Shown: positions 9,565-18,389 of the stretch, one piece after another
Numbering within the stretch: position 1 is the first letter of the stretch
Layout: each line of letters opens with the position of its first letter
Assembly: GCA_029881335.1 (NCBI GenBank)
Contig: JAOUMU010000001.1
Coordinates: 35,172 to 99,171 of the forward strand
Source: Nitrospinota bacterium
GTDB lineage: Bacteria > Nitrospinota_A > UBA7883
Reading direction: 5' to 3'
Length of the DNA stretch: 64,000 nt
Program-made: the position numbers and the translations under genes
Notes under the pieces: generated by a model
What the model was told of the DNA's origin: nothing
The model's database searches: none
The model's input: the letters and a program-made list of their open reading frames with translations, nothing else

Positions 9565-11160
9565 CTATGACTGTCCCTCCTGCCGGAACCAGCGCCGTCG
9601 GCTGTATATTCCCACTCCGGTCATCAGCACCATGGCTGGGACCATTACCACCGGCACCCAAAACACGGCTCTGGCCTGGGACGCGTCGAGCGTAACCGGG
9701 CTGATGTTCTTCTGCTTTGCCCGCACTCCCACGAAATCCGCCTTCTCCGACAGCCAGTGCACCGTGTTCATGAACAGATCGCGGTTGCCCACCAGGTTGA
9801 AGTTTGTGTTGCTCGCAAAATCGGAGTCGCCGATCAGAATGATTTTCCCGTATCGGTCCTTCACGGACCCGGTTTCGTCCTTTGCCCCCTTGGCGGCGTG
9901 GGTGGAAACCGCCATGACGGGAACAGGGCCGCGCTTCTCGTAGCCTTCGTTGTACTCGACGTTTCCATTCTCCAGCTGATCCTTGTCGGTCTCCGTCCAG
10001 CTGCTCGGGCCGGTCATCGCCAGCTGGTAGCGGCCCAATTTAGGATCCTCGTCTATATACACGGAATTGACTATGGGAAAGTAGGACGCCAGGGTGAAAT
10101 CCTGGGTCAACGGGTGCTTCTTGTTGTATGCGTAGACCGCCGGGGTCATGGCGTTTCCCCCATAAATCTGGGTCTGCCGGTCGATTATCACATCGCTTTG
10201 CAGTTTGAAGCCATAGCTCTCCAGCCAAGTCCGCAACGTCGGCGGATGGCCGGGGTCCAATTGAACGAAGAGAGCCCCGCCTTTTTTGTAATATTCGTCC
10301 AGCCGAATATATTCCTCCGCAGAGAGATCCTTCTGGGGGCTCGACAGAACCACCAGCGAGGCGTCCTCGGGCACCTCCTGCACCCGCATCAGGAATAGCT
10401 CCTTGATCTCATAGCTCTCCTGGAGCATGGCTTCGCGGGCGGCCGAATAGCCATCCTTGCCGGTGAAGCCCAGCTCCTTCTCCCCATGCCCTTTCACCCA
10501 GTAGATATAATTCTTTTCCTTGCTCACCAGGTTCAACAGGCCATTGGTAAGTTTCTCTTCGGTCTCCGTCCCCACCTTGAACTCCCGCCCCTGGCTCATC
10601 AACAGGATGAGCCGGAATTCCGATTGGCCATACTTTGAGGCCAGGCCGGGATTGCGCTCCGGATCTACGAAAGAGAAGGTGAATTTATCCGTCACACCGG
10701 CGTAGGACTCCAGAAGATCTCGGGCCATCTGCCTCTGCACGGCGTGCATGGTACCAGACTCGAAGCGGTAGAAAGCGACCGCTTTTACCGGGTGCTCCAG
10801 GTTCATCAATATGTTTTTAGTTTGGGTGGACAAGGAAAACCGCCCAGTCTTGGTCAGGTCGAACCTCTTGTTGTTGCCTGCGCCCCAGACAGCCACAGCC
10901 ACCATCACGCCGATGAAGATGATTATCATCACCACCATGTTCGCGCCGTACCTGGCGCTCTTGCCGCCGAGCAGCCTCTTGAACTCATTGAGGCGGATGT
11001 ATATCAGGAAAAGGGCAAGCATGGAGCCTACCCATATCAGGCCCGCCGCCGCCAGGCTCATTGTCCCGTCTATGGCGTAGAGGCTGAAGCCCCCCGCCAG
11101 CAGAATGCCCGCTATCAGCGTTATTATTATAATTGCCAGCATATTGTTTATCCCCTCCAT
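9565..11160 (-). CDS. GldG-like ABC-transporter auxiliary component (ABC_transp_aux family)
   Basis: 531 aa with N- and C-terminal TM helices flanking a large extracytoplasmic domain. It follows an ABC-2 permease, giving the canonical gldA/gldF/gldG-type order. Confidence 0.6.
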   Translation of the reverse strand: MEGINNMLAIIIITLIAGILLAGGFSLYAIDGTMSLAAAGLIWVGSMLALFLIYIRLNEFKRLLGGKSARYGANMVVMIIIFIGVMVAVAVWGAGNNKRFDLTKTGRFSLSTQTKNILMNLEHPVKAVAFYRFESGTMHAVQRQMARDLLESYAGVTDKFTFSFVDPERNPGLASKYGQSEFRLILLMSQGREFKVGTETEEKLTNGLLNLVSKEKNYIYWVKGHGEKELGFTGKDGYSAAREAMLQESYEIKELFLMRVQEVPEDASLVVLSSPQKDLSAEEYIRLDEYYKKGGALFVQLDPGHPPTLRTWLESYGFKLQSDVIIDRQTQIYGGNAMTPAVYAYNKKHPLTQDFTLASYFPIVNSVYIDEDPKLGRYQLAMTGPSSWTETDKDQLENGNVEYNEGYEKRGPVPVMAVSTHAAKGAKDETGSVKDRYGKIILIGDSDFASNTNFNLVGNRDLFMNTVHWLSEKADFVGVRAKQKNISPVTLDASQARAVFWVPVVMVPAMVLMTGVGIYSRRRWFRQEGQS

Positions 11161-11927
11161 CTTTTAGATTCCAGCGACCGCATGCTAAGGAATAAAAACA
11201 GCGCCATGAATATCAGGTAGTAGATTATATCGGAAGTGTCCAGGACGCCCTTTGCGAACTTTTCGAAATGAAACATTATCGACAGGTACTCCAGCACCTT
11301 GCCGGTGGTTTCACCCACCAGCCCTGCCGTATATCCCACCATGTACAAGAGCAGAAGCGCCGCGAAGCTGAGCGCCGCCGCGATCACCTGGTTCTCCGTG
11401 ATCGACGACATGAATATCCCCAACGACACAAAGGCGCCTCCCATCAGAAATAGCCCCATGTAGCCTGTCACCACCACTTCCCATTCCGGGTCCCCAAAAT
11501 AGCCCACCAGCGCCACCGATGGCAGGGATAACAGAAGCATCATAGTAAAGATGCCCATGCACCCGGCGAATTTTCCCATGATCGCCTCTTCGTCACGCAC
11601 GGGGAAGGTTAGCAAAAGCTCCATGGTGCCCGCCTTCCACTCCTCGGCGAAGGCCCTCATGGTCAGCATGGGAAGCATGATCAGCATCACCACAGCCACC
11701 ACGTTGAAAAACGGGCGTATCACCATTTCCGTCACGTTAAGCGCCCCAAACTGGCTGGCTATGGTGGGGTTTGTCTGCACCTCAAAGCTCAGCTGGCTGA
11801 ACTTGGCGAAGATCACGTAGAACTGGTATCCGGTGAGCACCGCGAATATGGTGGCCACCACGAAAGCTACCGGCGAGTTGAAGTATGATCTTATCTCCTT
11901 AACCAGGATAAATATGAAATTCTTCAT
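11148..11927 (-). CDS. ABC-2 type transporter permease (GldF-like)
   Basis: 259 aa with six predicted TM helices. It lies between the ATPase and the GldG-like gene, with overlapping or adjacent stops and starts. Confidence 0.65.
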   Translation of the reverse strand: MKNFIFILVKEIRSYFNSPVAFVVATIFAVLTGYQFYVIFAKFSQLSFEVQTNPTIASQFGALNVTEMVIRPFFNVVAVVMLIMLPMLTMRAFAEEWKAGTMELLLTFPVRDEEAIMGKFAGCMGIFTMMLLLSLPSVALVGYFGDPEWEVVVTGYMGLFLMGGAFVSLGIFMSSITENQVIAAALSFAALLLLYMVGYTAGLVGETTGKVLEYLSIMFHFEKFAKGVLDTSDIIYYLIFMALFLFLSMRSLESKRWRG

Positions 11928-11930
11928 CCC

Positions 11931-12872
11931 CTAATTCCCCTCCTCGGTGACGATCTTGATGAATATATCCTCCAGGCTCATTTTCACCGGCATCAGCTCG
12001 TACAGGTCCCATCTTTTCTCCACGATGGCCCGCGCCACCTGGCTGCTGCGGTCGATGGTCCCGTCAGAAAACTCCACAACGTACGGCAGGCTATCCTCCG
12101 CCCCGGCGCCCGTCTCCACGTTTTTAACTCCTTCCATAGCCCACAGGGCCTTCACCACATCCTCCTTCGGGCCGCCGATCCTGGCGCGCACCTTGTCGGA
12201 GACGCGCAACTGGGTGGTGAGGTTCTCTGGAGTGTCTATCGCCTTCACCCTGCCTTCGTCTATGATGATAATGCGCTTGCATATGGCGCTCACCTCCGGC
12301 AGGATGTGGCTACTCAGGATGATGGTGCGCTCCCCGGCCAGCCCCTTGATCAGAGATCTGATTTCTATTATCTGTTTCGGGTCCAGCCCGATTGTCGGCT
12401 CGTCGAGTACCAGCACTTCAGGATCATTGATCAGAGACTGGGCCAGGCCCACCCTCTGGCGGTACCCCTTGGAGAGCTCGCCGATGAACTTGTGAGCCAT
12501 GTGGGTCAAACCCACTCGCTCCATCAGTTCGCCCACGCGGCTGTTTATCTCCCTATAGGGCACATCCTTGAGTCCCGCCACGAACTTCAAGTAGGTCGGC
12601 ACCTGCATATCCGTGTAGAGCGGCACAGTCTCCGGCAGATAGCCTATTCTCCTGCGGACATTGAGCGAATCCTCGAACACATCGTATCCCGCCACTCGGG
12701 CCGTGCCACTGGTGGCAGGCATAAAGCAGGTGAGAATACGCATAGTGGTCGTCTTCCCGGCGCCGTTAGGCCCCAAAAAGCCCAAGATTTCCCCCTTTTC
12801 GACGCTGAATGTCACATCGTTGATGCCTCTTGCCTCGCCGTATTTCTTGGTAAGATGCTCCACTTCTATCAT
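11931..12872 (-). CDS. ABC transporter ATP-binding protein (GldA-like)
   Basis: Walker A GPNGAGKTT, signature LSKGYRQRVGLAQSL, Walker B LVLDEPT, and an H-loop. Confidence 0.85.
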   Translation of the reverse strand: MIEVEHLTKKYGEARGINDVTFSVEKGEILGFLGPNGAGKTTTMRILTCFMPATSGTARVAGYDVFEDSLNVRRRIGYLPETVPLYTDMQVPTYLKFVAGLKDVPYREINSRVGELMERVGLTHMAHKFIGELSKGYRQRVGLAQSLINDPEVLVLDEPTIGLDPKQIIEIRSLIKGLAGERTIILSSHILPEVSAICKRIIIIDEGRVKAIDTPENLTTQLRVSDKVRARIGGPKEDVVKALWAMEGVKNVETGAGAEDSLPYVVEFSDGTIDRSSQVARAIVEKRWDLYELMPVKMSLEDIFIKIVTEEGN

Positions 12873-12987
12873 TCGAAAACTTTCCTTATTAGCGAAATAT
12901 TGGATTTTTCTGCTTGATACCTGTTTTGGCCGGATTGGCGCTGTACCGTCAAGGGGACAGTATATGCAAAAAACGGACTAAATCACT

Positions 12988-13028
12988 AGAAAAATAAAAG
13001 GCCCCGACCATTCACCGGCCGGGGCCCT
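12988..13028 (-). terminator. rho-independent terminator downstream of the cytochrome c gene at 13074-14264
   Basis: GC stem GGCCCCG...CGGGGCC at 13001-13027. On the minus strand it is followed by TTTTATTTTT (12990-12999). Confidence 0.6.
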
Positions 13029-13073
13029 GATTATCAACCCCGATAGGGCGCTTTCACGCCTTATCCTGATTTC

Positions 13074-14264
13074 TTACTTGTCGTATTCCATGCTTATCGC
13101 ATTGTCGCCCACCTTGGCGTCCGGGTTCGAATCGGAAGTGGTCTTCACGTCCACGCCGACCCTTTGGGAAGCCAGCCTGCCGCCGCCGATGGAGTTGTAG
13201 CCGCCTTCGTTGTGGCCACGGCCAGCCATCACGCCCGCAAGCTCCAGCTCCTCGTTCATATCCTGGAAGGCGGAGTTGCTGCGGGAAGAAGCAGCTGTCA
13301 CATCGTCCGGATCCATCTCGTAGGCCGGCTTGGCGGCCAATGTGCGGATAAAGGAGACAATGTTCCAAATGTCCTGATCCTGCAGGATGTTGCCCCAGGG
13401 AGGCATGGCCGCAGACATGTTACGAGCCTCGCCGCCGCCCTTGATCACCTTGAACATCTCCAGGTTGTCGATGTAGTTGGCGTACTTCCCGTTGGTCAGG
13501 TTACGCGGGCGAGGATCCAGCTCAGCGGCTGTGGGGCCGTCACCCTTGCCGCCCCAGCCGTGGCAGTGGACGCAATAAAAGGAGAAATAATGCGCGCCCT
13601 GATCAGGATCGGTCCCGGCGATCGGGGTCTTTCCGCCATGCCTCGGGCGAGTTATGTTGTTCCACTGGTTCACCCACTCGTTGTAGTCGCCGCCCAGCTT
13701 GGAGCCGGAATCATGCTTACGGAACCAAACCTCGGTCACGCCAGATTTTTCAGCCCAACCGGACTGGGTGTCGCCCAACTGGCCGGTCCACTTGTTTTTG
13801 AAGCGCTTCTCGATGGAGGACGCCAGCGGGCTTTTGTTCTGCGAGGTCAGCTTGCCGCCGCCGAGGGCCGCAGGCAGGTCCGCGCCTATTTTGCCAGGGC
13901 TGGAAGCAACCTTACCAACACCGGTCAGATAATCGAAGCCGGCCACGCCGTAGGTCGAGTGGCCCGAGCCCGTGCCCTTGGTCTTGGCGTCATCGCCCCA
14001 TCCGGCCACGTTGGCCGCTTCGGCCTCCCTCAAAAAAGCCTCCTGGGCTTTATCAGCGGCTTCCTGTGACAGGTCGCCCTCTTTTTTCGCCGCATCGAGC
14101 TCGGCTTTCGACTTGGTCCGCTTGGCCATCGCCTCGTTGGACGTCACCAGCGAGCCTGTGAAGGCAAACGCCAGGAACAACGCAAGAATAATCCTGAATT
14201 TCATAGATCCCCTCCAAATTAAAAATAAAGAGTTATTGAATATCACCCCTAAGGATTTACGCAA
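13074..14264 (-). CDS. periplasmic monohaem cytochrome c with a long N-terminal extension
   Basis: Signal peptide (an alternative start MKFRIILALFLAFAFTG is likely). About 230 residues of Lys/Glu/Gly-rich low-complexity sequence follow. Then a class I cytochrome c domain, YCVHCHGWGGKGDG...MPPWG. It is monocistronic, with promoter and terminator regions on both sides. Confidence 0.7.
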   Translation of the reverse strand: MRKSLGVIFNNSLFLIWRGSMKFRIILALFLAFAFTGSLVTSNEAMAKRTKSKAELDAAKKEGDLSQEAADKAQEAFLREAEAANVAGWGDDAKTKGTGSGHSTYGVAGFDYLTGVGKVASSPGKIGADLPAALGGGKLTSQNKSPLASSIEKRFKNKWTGQLGDTQSGWAEKSGVTEVWFRKHDSGSKLGGDYNEWVNQWNNITRPRHGGKTPIAGTDPDQGAHYFSFYCVHCHGWGGKGDGPTAAELDPRPRNLTNGKYANYIDNLEMFKVIKGGGEARNMSAAMPPWGNILQDQDIWNIVSFIRTLAAKPAYEMDPDDVTAASSRSNSAFQDMNEELELAGVMAGRGHNEGGYNSIGGGRLASQRVGVDVKTTSDSNPDAKVGDNAISMEYDK

Positions 14265-14564
14265 AATAAATCACGACACCCAATCAAGCATAAACCATAC
14301 CTGCAAAAACACCTAACGCATTATTTTTTAAGCAGATAGAGCCGAACCAATCGTGTTACACCCCGCCAGGCTATTTCCCCATGTTTTTTAACGCCCACGG
14401 ATTCCTCTCCAAAGCAAGTGACAATTAATGTCAGCATGCCAAGAATTAATTATTTTTCGGTCGCCGGAGGGCTTTCTTGACTGGGGGTGGAAGCGGGAGC
14501 CATTCTCTTAATCATTACGTTAAATATAGCTGGCCGCCAAGCTATATCGATTAAACGAAACGAA

Positions 14565-15188
14565 TCATTGATGGTAGGTGGTTTTCCCCATATTGACAAT
14601 GCAACCGCCGAAAAACCATTTGTCATCGTGGGAGTAGACTGTAACGTTTTGCCCCTCCCGGATCTTTTTCATGGAGCAGTCATAGCTCGCGCTCCTGACC
14701 TTTTTCCCATCATGCTCGGGGGCCGCGGTCTTATCTGGATACGACACATCCACTGGCACGTATACGTTGGTGGCCCTTTCGTATTCGGCGTTCACCGGGT
14801 CATCTTCCAGCGCGACCTGGTAGTATGGGTCCCCCACCTTTGTTTGGGCCCCGGGGGGGAAAAATCCTTTCTCGGCCCAGGTGATACCAATCTGGAAAGT
14901 GGGGGTCACATTCAGATATATCTCCTTGTACTGTTTATAGCTCCCCTCCAGGGACCTTTCCTTGTCCCCCTTGTTCATCTGGCGCATGAATTTCAGTTGC
15001 CTGGCTGTGACATGGTTAATGTCGAAAATGGTCTTGTAGTCGGACTCCTGAACCGCCTTGATATACCTTTCCAGTTCCTTGTCAGGATCACCAGGGATTT
15101 TATCAACGCATCCGGCGGCCAAAACCAAAGCCAGCCCAGCTAGCATCAGCGAGCGGGCCATCGGCTTACCAAACAACTTGCGGTTCAT
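14565..15188 (-). CDS. hypothetical lipoprotein
   Basis: Signal peptide plus LAAGCVDK lipobox. It overlaps the cytochrome b gene by 23 nt. Confidence 0.4.
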   Translation of the reverse strand: MNRKLFGKPMARSLMLAGLALVLAAGCVDKIPGDPDKELERYIKAVQESDYKTIFDINHVTARQLKFMRQMNKGDKERSLEGSYKQYKEIYLNVTPTFQIGITWAEKGFFPPGAQTKVGDPYYQVALEDDPVNAEYERATNVYVPVDVSYPDKTAAPEHDGKKVRSASYDCSMKKIREGQNVTVYSHDDKWFFGGCIVNMGKTTYHQ

Positions 15189-16437
15189 ACCAATGCCTCA
15201 TCATCCAGCGGTTGTCCACCACCAGGGGGTTCCTTAGCGTATCCTTGTAAGTCACGGGGGGGATGCCCATCCTGTCCCCCATTGACGCGTTATGGCAACA
15301 ATTGCACCCCATCCAGGGTGATTTCACACTACCCAATGTGAATCCAAAGAGCAGCAATCCGCAAAGCGTGGCTCCGACTCCCGCATATGCCACCGCTTTG
15401 AGCTTTCGACGGCCAGCTGGAACCCTGGCCAGCTCCTCTTTGCGCTTCCGCTTGACAATGAAGGGGAGAGCCAGAGCCATGACCAGCATCACGAAGGGAA
15501 TCCAGAAAAGGTAGAAACCCCAGTCTCTGGGGGGATAGTACCAATATGGCATCAGGAAAGTGACAAAATACCACTCCGGCGCGGGGATGAATTGACCCTC
15601 CATCGGCAGAGGTATCTGCTGTGGATCCTGGCTGGGGATGGGGAACAGCACGCTGAGAGAGACCAGCGCCACCACAAAGGGGAGGAACGCCACAAGCTGG
15701 CGGGCCGCGTAATCCCAAAAACCCCGCTTTCGCAGACGGGTAAGGCAATGGATCTCCAGCAGGACGAACGCCGTTATTGGAAGAACAATGTCATGGATTA
15801 CAAAGTTTCTGGTGGGGGTGTAGCTTTCCATGAAGAATGAGTACATCCAATCCCCAAAAAGGGGAATGTTTTTCAGCCAGTTGTTGAACATCTCCATCAT
15901 CCAGTAGCCTTTCCACTCCCATGGCAGGATAGTGCCGCTGATCAGAAAGCCCATATAGACGATGGACATGGCCACTCCGGTGATCCAGTTGAGCTTCCGG
16001 CCTCCCTGGAAATCCTTACGGAAATATCCACGCCAGAGATGAACGAAGATGGCCACGCCCAGCAGAAACGCTCCGTATCGGTGGAGATTGCGGGTGAAGG
16101 CGCCCAGGTATGTTTCGTTGTTGAAATACTGGACTGTCTTGTATGTATCCCGCAGGCTTGGCTCGTAATAGAAGATCATGTATAGCCCGGAGAGAAGCTG
16201 CAGGATAATCAGAAGCAGGGCCGCGCCTCCGAAATAATGGCGCCAGTTGAGCCGACGGGGTTTTATCCAGCCCCAAAAACCTCTGTTTCTCTCGAAATCA
16301 TAGTGATGGGGTCGGCCTGGCTGGCTTGTTCTTTTTCCCCTGGCATAAAGATTACCAGGAGCATGACTTGTTTCTTCAATCACTGGGTCGGACATAGCTT
16401 TGTTTAACACCGAGATACTGCAATTAAACCGGCCCAC
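15166..16437 (-). CDS. fused cytochrome b6 / subunit-IV (cytochrome b of a bc or b6f-type complex) with a C-terminal CxxCH motif
   Basis: N-terminal half has cytochrome b helix A/B signatures (YFGGAALLLIILQLLSGLYMIFYY, FVHLWRGYF). C-terminal half is PetD/SUIV-like (PEWYFVTFLMPYWYYP). After the last TM comes a short tail containing GCNCCHN, which is a CxxCH motif. The start may lie 14 codons downstream (MSDPV...). Confidence 0.75.
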   Translation of the reverse strand: MGRFNCSISVLNKAMSDPVIEETSHAPGNLYARGKRTSQPGRPHHYDFERNRGFWGWIKPRRLNWRHYFGGAALLLIILQLLSGLYMIFYYEPSLRDTYKTVQYFNNETYLGAFTRNLHRYGAFLLGVAIFVHLWRGYFRKDFQGGRKLNWITGVAMSIVYMGFLISGTILPWEWKGYWMMEMFNNWLKNIPLFGDWMYSFFMESYTPTRNFVIHDIVLPITAFVLLEIHCLTRLRKRGFWDYAARQLVAFLPFVVALVSLSVLFPIPSQDPQQIPLPMEGQFIPAPEWYFVTFLMPYWYYPPRDWGFYLFWIPFVMLVMALALPFIVKRKRKEELARVPAGRRKLKAVAYAGVGATLCGLLLFGFTLGSVKSPWMGCNCCHNASMGDRMGIPPVTYKDTLRNPLVVDNRWMMRHWYEPQVVW

Positions 16438-16492
16438 CGAGCGGCGAGCCTTTACTGCAGATGAAGTAAATTCTGAATGGATTCAGAAACCG

Positions 16493-17056
16493 CTAAAAAA
16501 GTGGATGCATAGGCCTGTCAAACCAAAGCCTCTTTCTTTTTGTTCCAGCCGAGCCGACCAGCTTCCATTTTCCTTTTTCCAGGGTCAGAATGTGCTCCTC
16601 GTTGGTCCAAGTATCCACCGGCACACGATCCGCCTCCCCCTTCCGCTTGCCAAGCAGGATTCCGGAGCAGCCGATAACCACCAGCCCGCCATCCGGGGAG
16701 TAGTTGACAAGCTTCATATTATGCATGGTGCTCATGCCGTCGAAGTTGCTGAATATCCTTTCCCATATCCTCCTGGCGGCATCCTTGTCATGATCCCCGT
16801 TCTTATAGCTGTCGGAGTACAAGTTCATCAGCGATTCCAGGTTGCCCGTTTTTATGGCGTCTTCGGCGTCCTCGAAGAACCGGGTCACATCAGCCAAGGT
16901 CTCCTTGCTGATTTTTCCCTTCATCTCCGGAGAAACCCTGATGGTGTGGAAGCCGTGACCAGTGTCAGCGCCCCAGGCCGGAGTGGCAGGTGAACTGGCG
17001 AAAAGAAAGATAGCCAGGAATATTGGCAACGCGCCAAGGTTTGCGCTGTGTCTCAT
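16493..17056 (-). CDS. periplasmic NTF2/SnoaL-like protein of unknown function
   Basis: Signal peptide. Its size and secondary-structure pattern fit DUF4440/SnoaL-like proteins. No cofactor motifs. Confidence 0.35.
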   Translation of the reverse strand: MRHSANLGALPIFLAIFLFASSPATPAWGADTGHGFHTIRVSPEMKGKISKETLADVTRFFEDAEDAIKTGNLESLMNLYSDSYKNGDHDKDAARRIWERIFSNFDGMSTMHNMKLVNYSPDGGLVVIGCSGILLGKRKGEADRVPVDTWTNEEHILTLEKGKWKLVGSAGTKRKRLWFDRPMHPLF

Positions 17057-17202
17057 ACATTACCTCCGAAGGGGATTTTTTCCGCTAGACGGCATCGACG
17101 CCCGCCCCGCAGCACTACTATACCAGATCAGGGCTCAAAAGATAACCCACCTCCCACCACATAAACTACTACTGCAAGCCCCCTCAAATCGACACGCTTT
17201 AT

Positions 17203-17242
17203 GGTAAAAAACGTGCGGCGCGTTTTTTATGGGACGCGCCGC
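17203..17242 (-). terminator. rho-independent terminator after the monohaem cytochrome c gene; it separates the bd-like/cytochrome c operon from the cytochrome b unit
   Basis: 8-bp GC stem GCGGCGCG/CGCGCCGC (17215-17242). On the minus strand it is followed by TTTTTT (reverse complement of 17205-17210). Confidence 0.6.
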
Positions 17243-17274
17243 AAACCCATTATGCTTCCGAAACAGCGGTCAGG

Positions 17275-17652
17275 CTATTTTTTGCCTTCGCATTTGCACA
17301 TACCACGCAGGTGCTTGACTAAGTCCGTTACCTCCTCATCGGTGAGGATCCCGCCCCAGGGAGGCATTTGGGTGGACTTGCCCACGGCTACGCCACCTTC
17401 CTTAATCGACTTGAAAACGCTTTCGTCAGTCAGCGAGCTCATATCCTTGGCGCTGGTATGGTTGCGCGGCTGGACAGAGAGCGCCGGGGCGTTTATCCCG
17501 CGTCCAGTCCCCTTGGAGCCATGGCACTGAACGCAGTACAAGCTATAATTATCCGCAGCCTTTTCCTTGGCGACCGCGACATCAGCCTGGCCCAGAAAGC
17601 CAACGGCCAATATCGCGAAAAACAGTATCGAAGCTAATCTAGTCATAATCAT
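17275..17652 (-). CDS. periplasmic monohaem cytochrome c (c553/c551-like)
   Basis: Signal peptide, CVQCHGSKGTGRG and a distal MPPWG methionine ligand region. Confidence 0.7.
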   Translation of the reverse strand: MIMTRLASILFFAILAVGFLGQADVAVAKEKAADNYSLYCVQCHGSKGTGRGINAPALSVQPRNHTSAKDMSSLTDESVFKSIKEGGVAVGKSTQMPPWGGILTDEEVTDLVKHLRGMCKCEGKK

Positions 17653-17669
17653 TTATCCTATCTCCCCGG

Positions 17670-18341
17670 TTAATCAGCCGTCATCAGAAAGTTAACCATC
17701 AGTTGCAAGGTGGCATCGTCAAAATCCCTCTTGGCCATCCAGACCTTCGGATCCCAATGCTTCGGATCCTGAATGAAGCTGTACATCCAGTCAGGATTCA
17801 GCCTCTCGCCGATCCCCTCGAATGTGGGGCAGGAAATGCCGCCGCCCTTACCCGGGAACACATGGCAGGCGTTGCACGCCTCATCCTTCATCATCACCAC
17901 GCGGGCCCTGGCTTTTTTGACCTTACCCGGTTTAAACACACCAGTCTTCATACTGGCGTCTTTTAAGGTCATCAGGTAATCCGCCACAGCGGCCGCGTCC
18001 CCCGCAGAGAGCTTAGACGCGCATTTCGGCGGATCCTTCACTACATCCGCCTCGCCGTTCAGAGAAATGCTGTTCAAATAAACCACTCCACCAGCCCTTA
18101 ATGTAGTCGGGCTCTGAATATACTTTACCAGCCAATCCTTGTTGAACTTGCTGCCAGCGTAAAACAGATCGGGCGCCTTGCGTTTCATAACTTCCGCGAT
18201 CGTCTGCGCCGACGGACCCACCATCTTGTGACAGGAACCGCACTTGTTGCTTTCCACCAGCGCCTTACCATCCGCGGCCATCGCCGACGGAGCTGCCACC
18301 GCCATCAACGCGGACACGGCTAAAGCCAAAATCCTTGTCAT
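17670..18341 (-). CDS. periplasmic dihaem cytochrome c
   Basis: Signal peptide. Two CxxCH motifs (CGSCHKM, CNACHVF). Confidence 0.7.
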   Translation of the reverse strand: MTRILALAVSALMAVAAPSAMAADGKALVESNKCGSCHKMVGPSAQTIAEVMKRKAPDLFYAGSKFNKDWLVKYIQSPTTLRAGGVVYLNSISLNGEADVVKDPPKCASKLSAGDAAAVADYLMTLKDASMKTGVFKPGKVKKARARVVMMKDEACNACHVFPGKGGGISCPTFEGIGERLNPDWMYSFIQDPKHWDPKVWMAKRDFDDATLQLMVNFLMTAD

Positions 18342-18389
18342 ACCGAAACCTCCTTTATCTAATTAATCGCAATTATGCGTGTTCGACAA

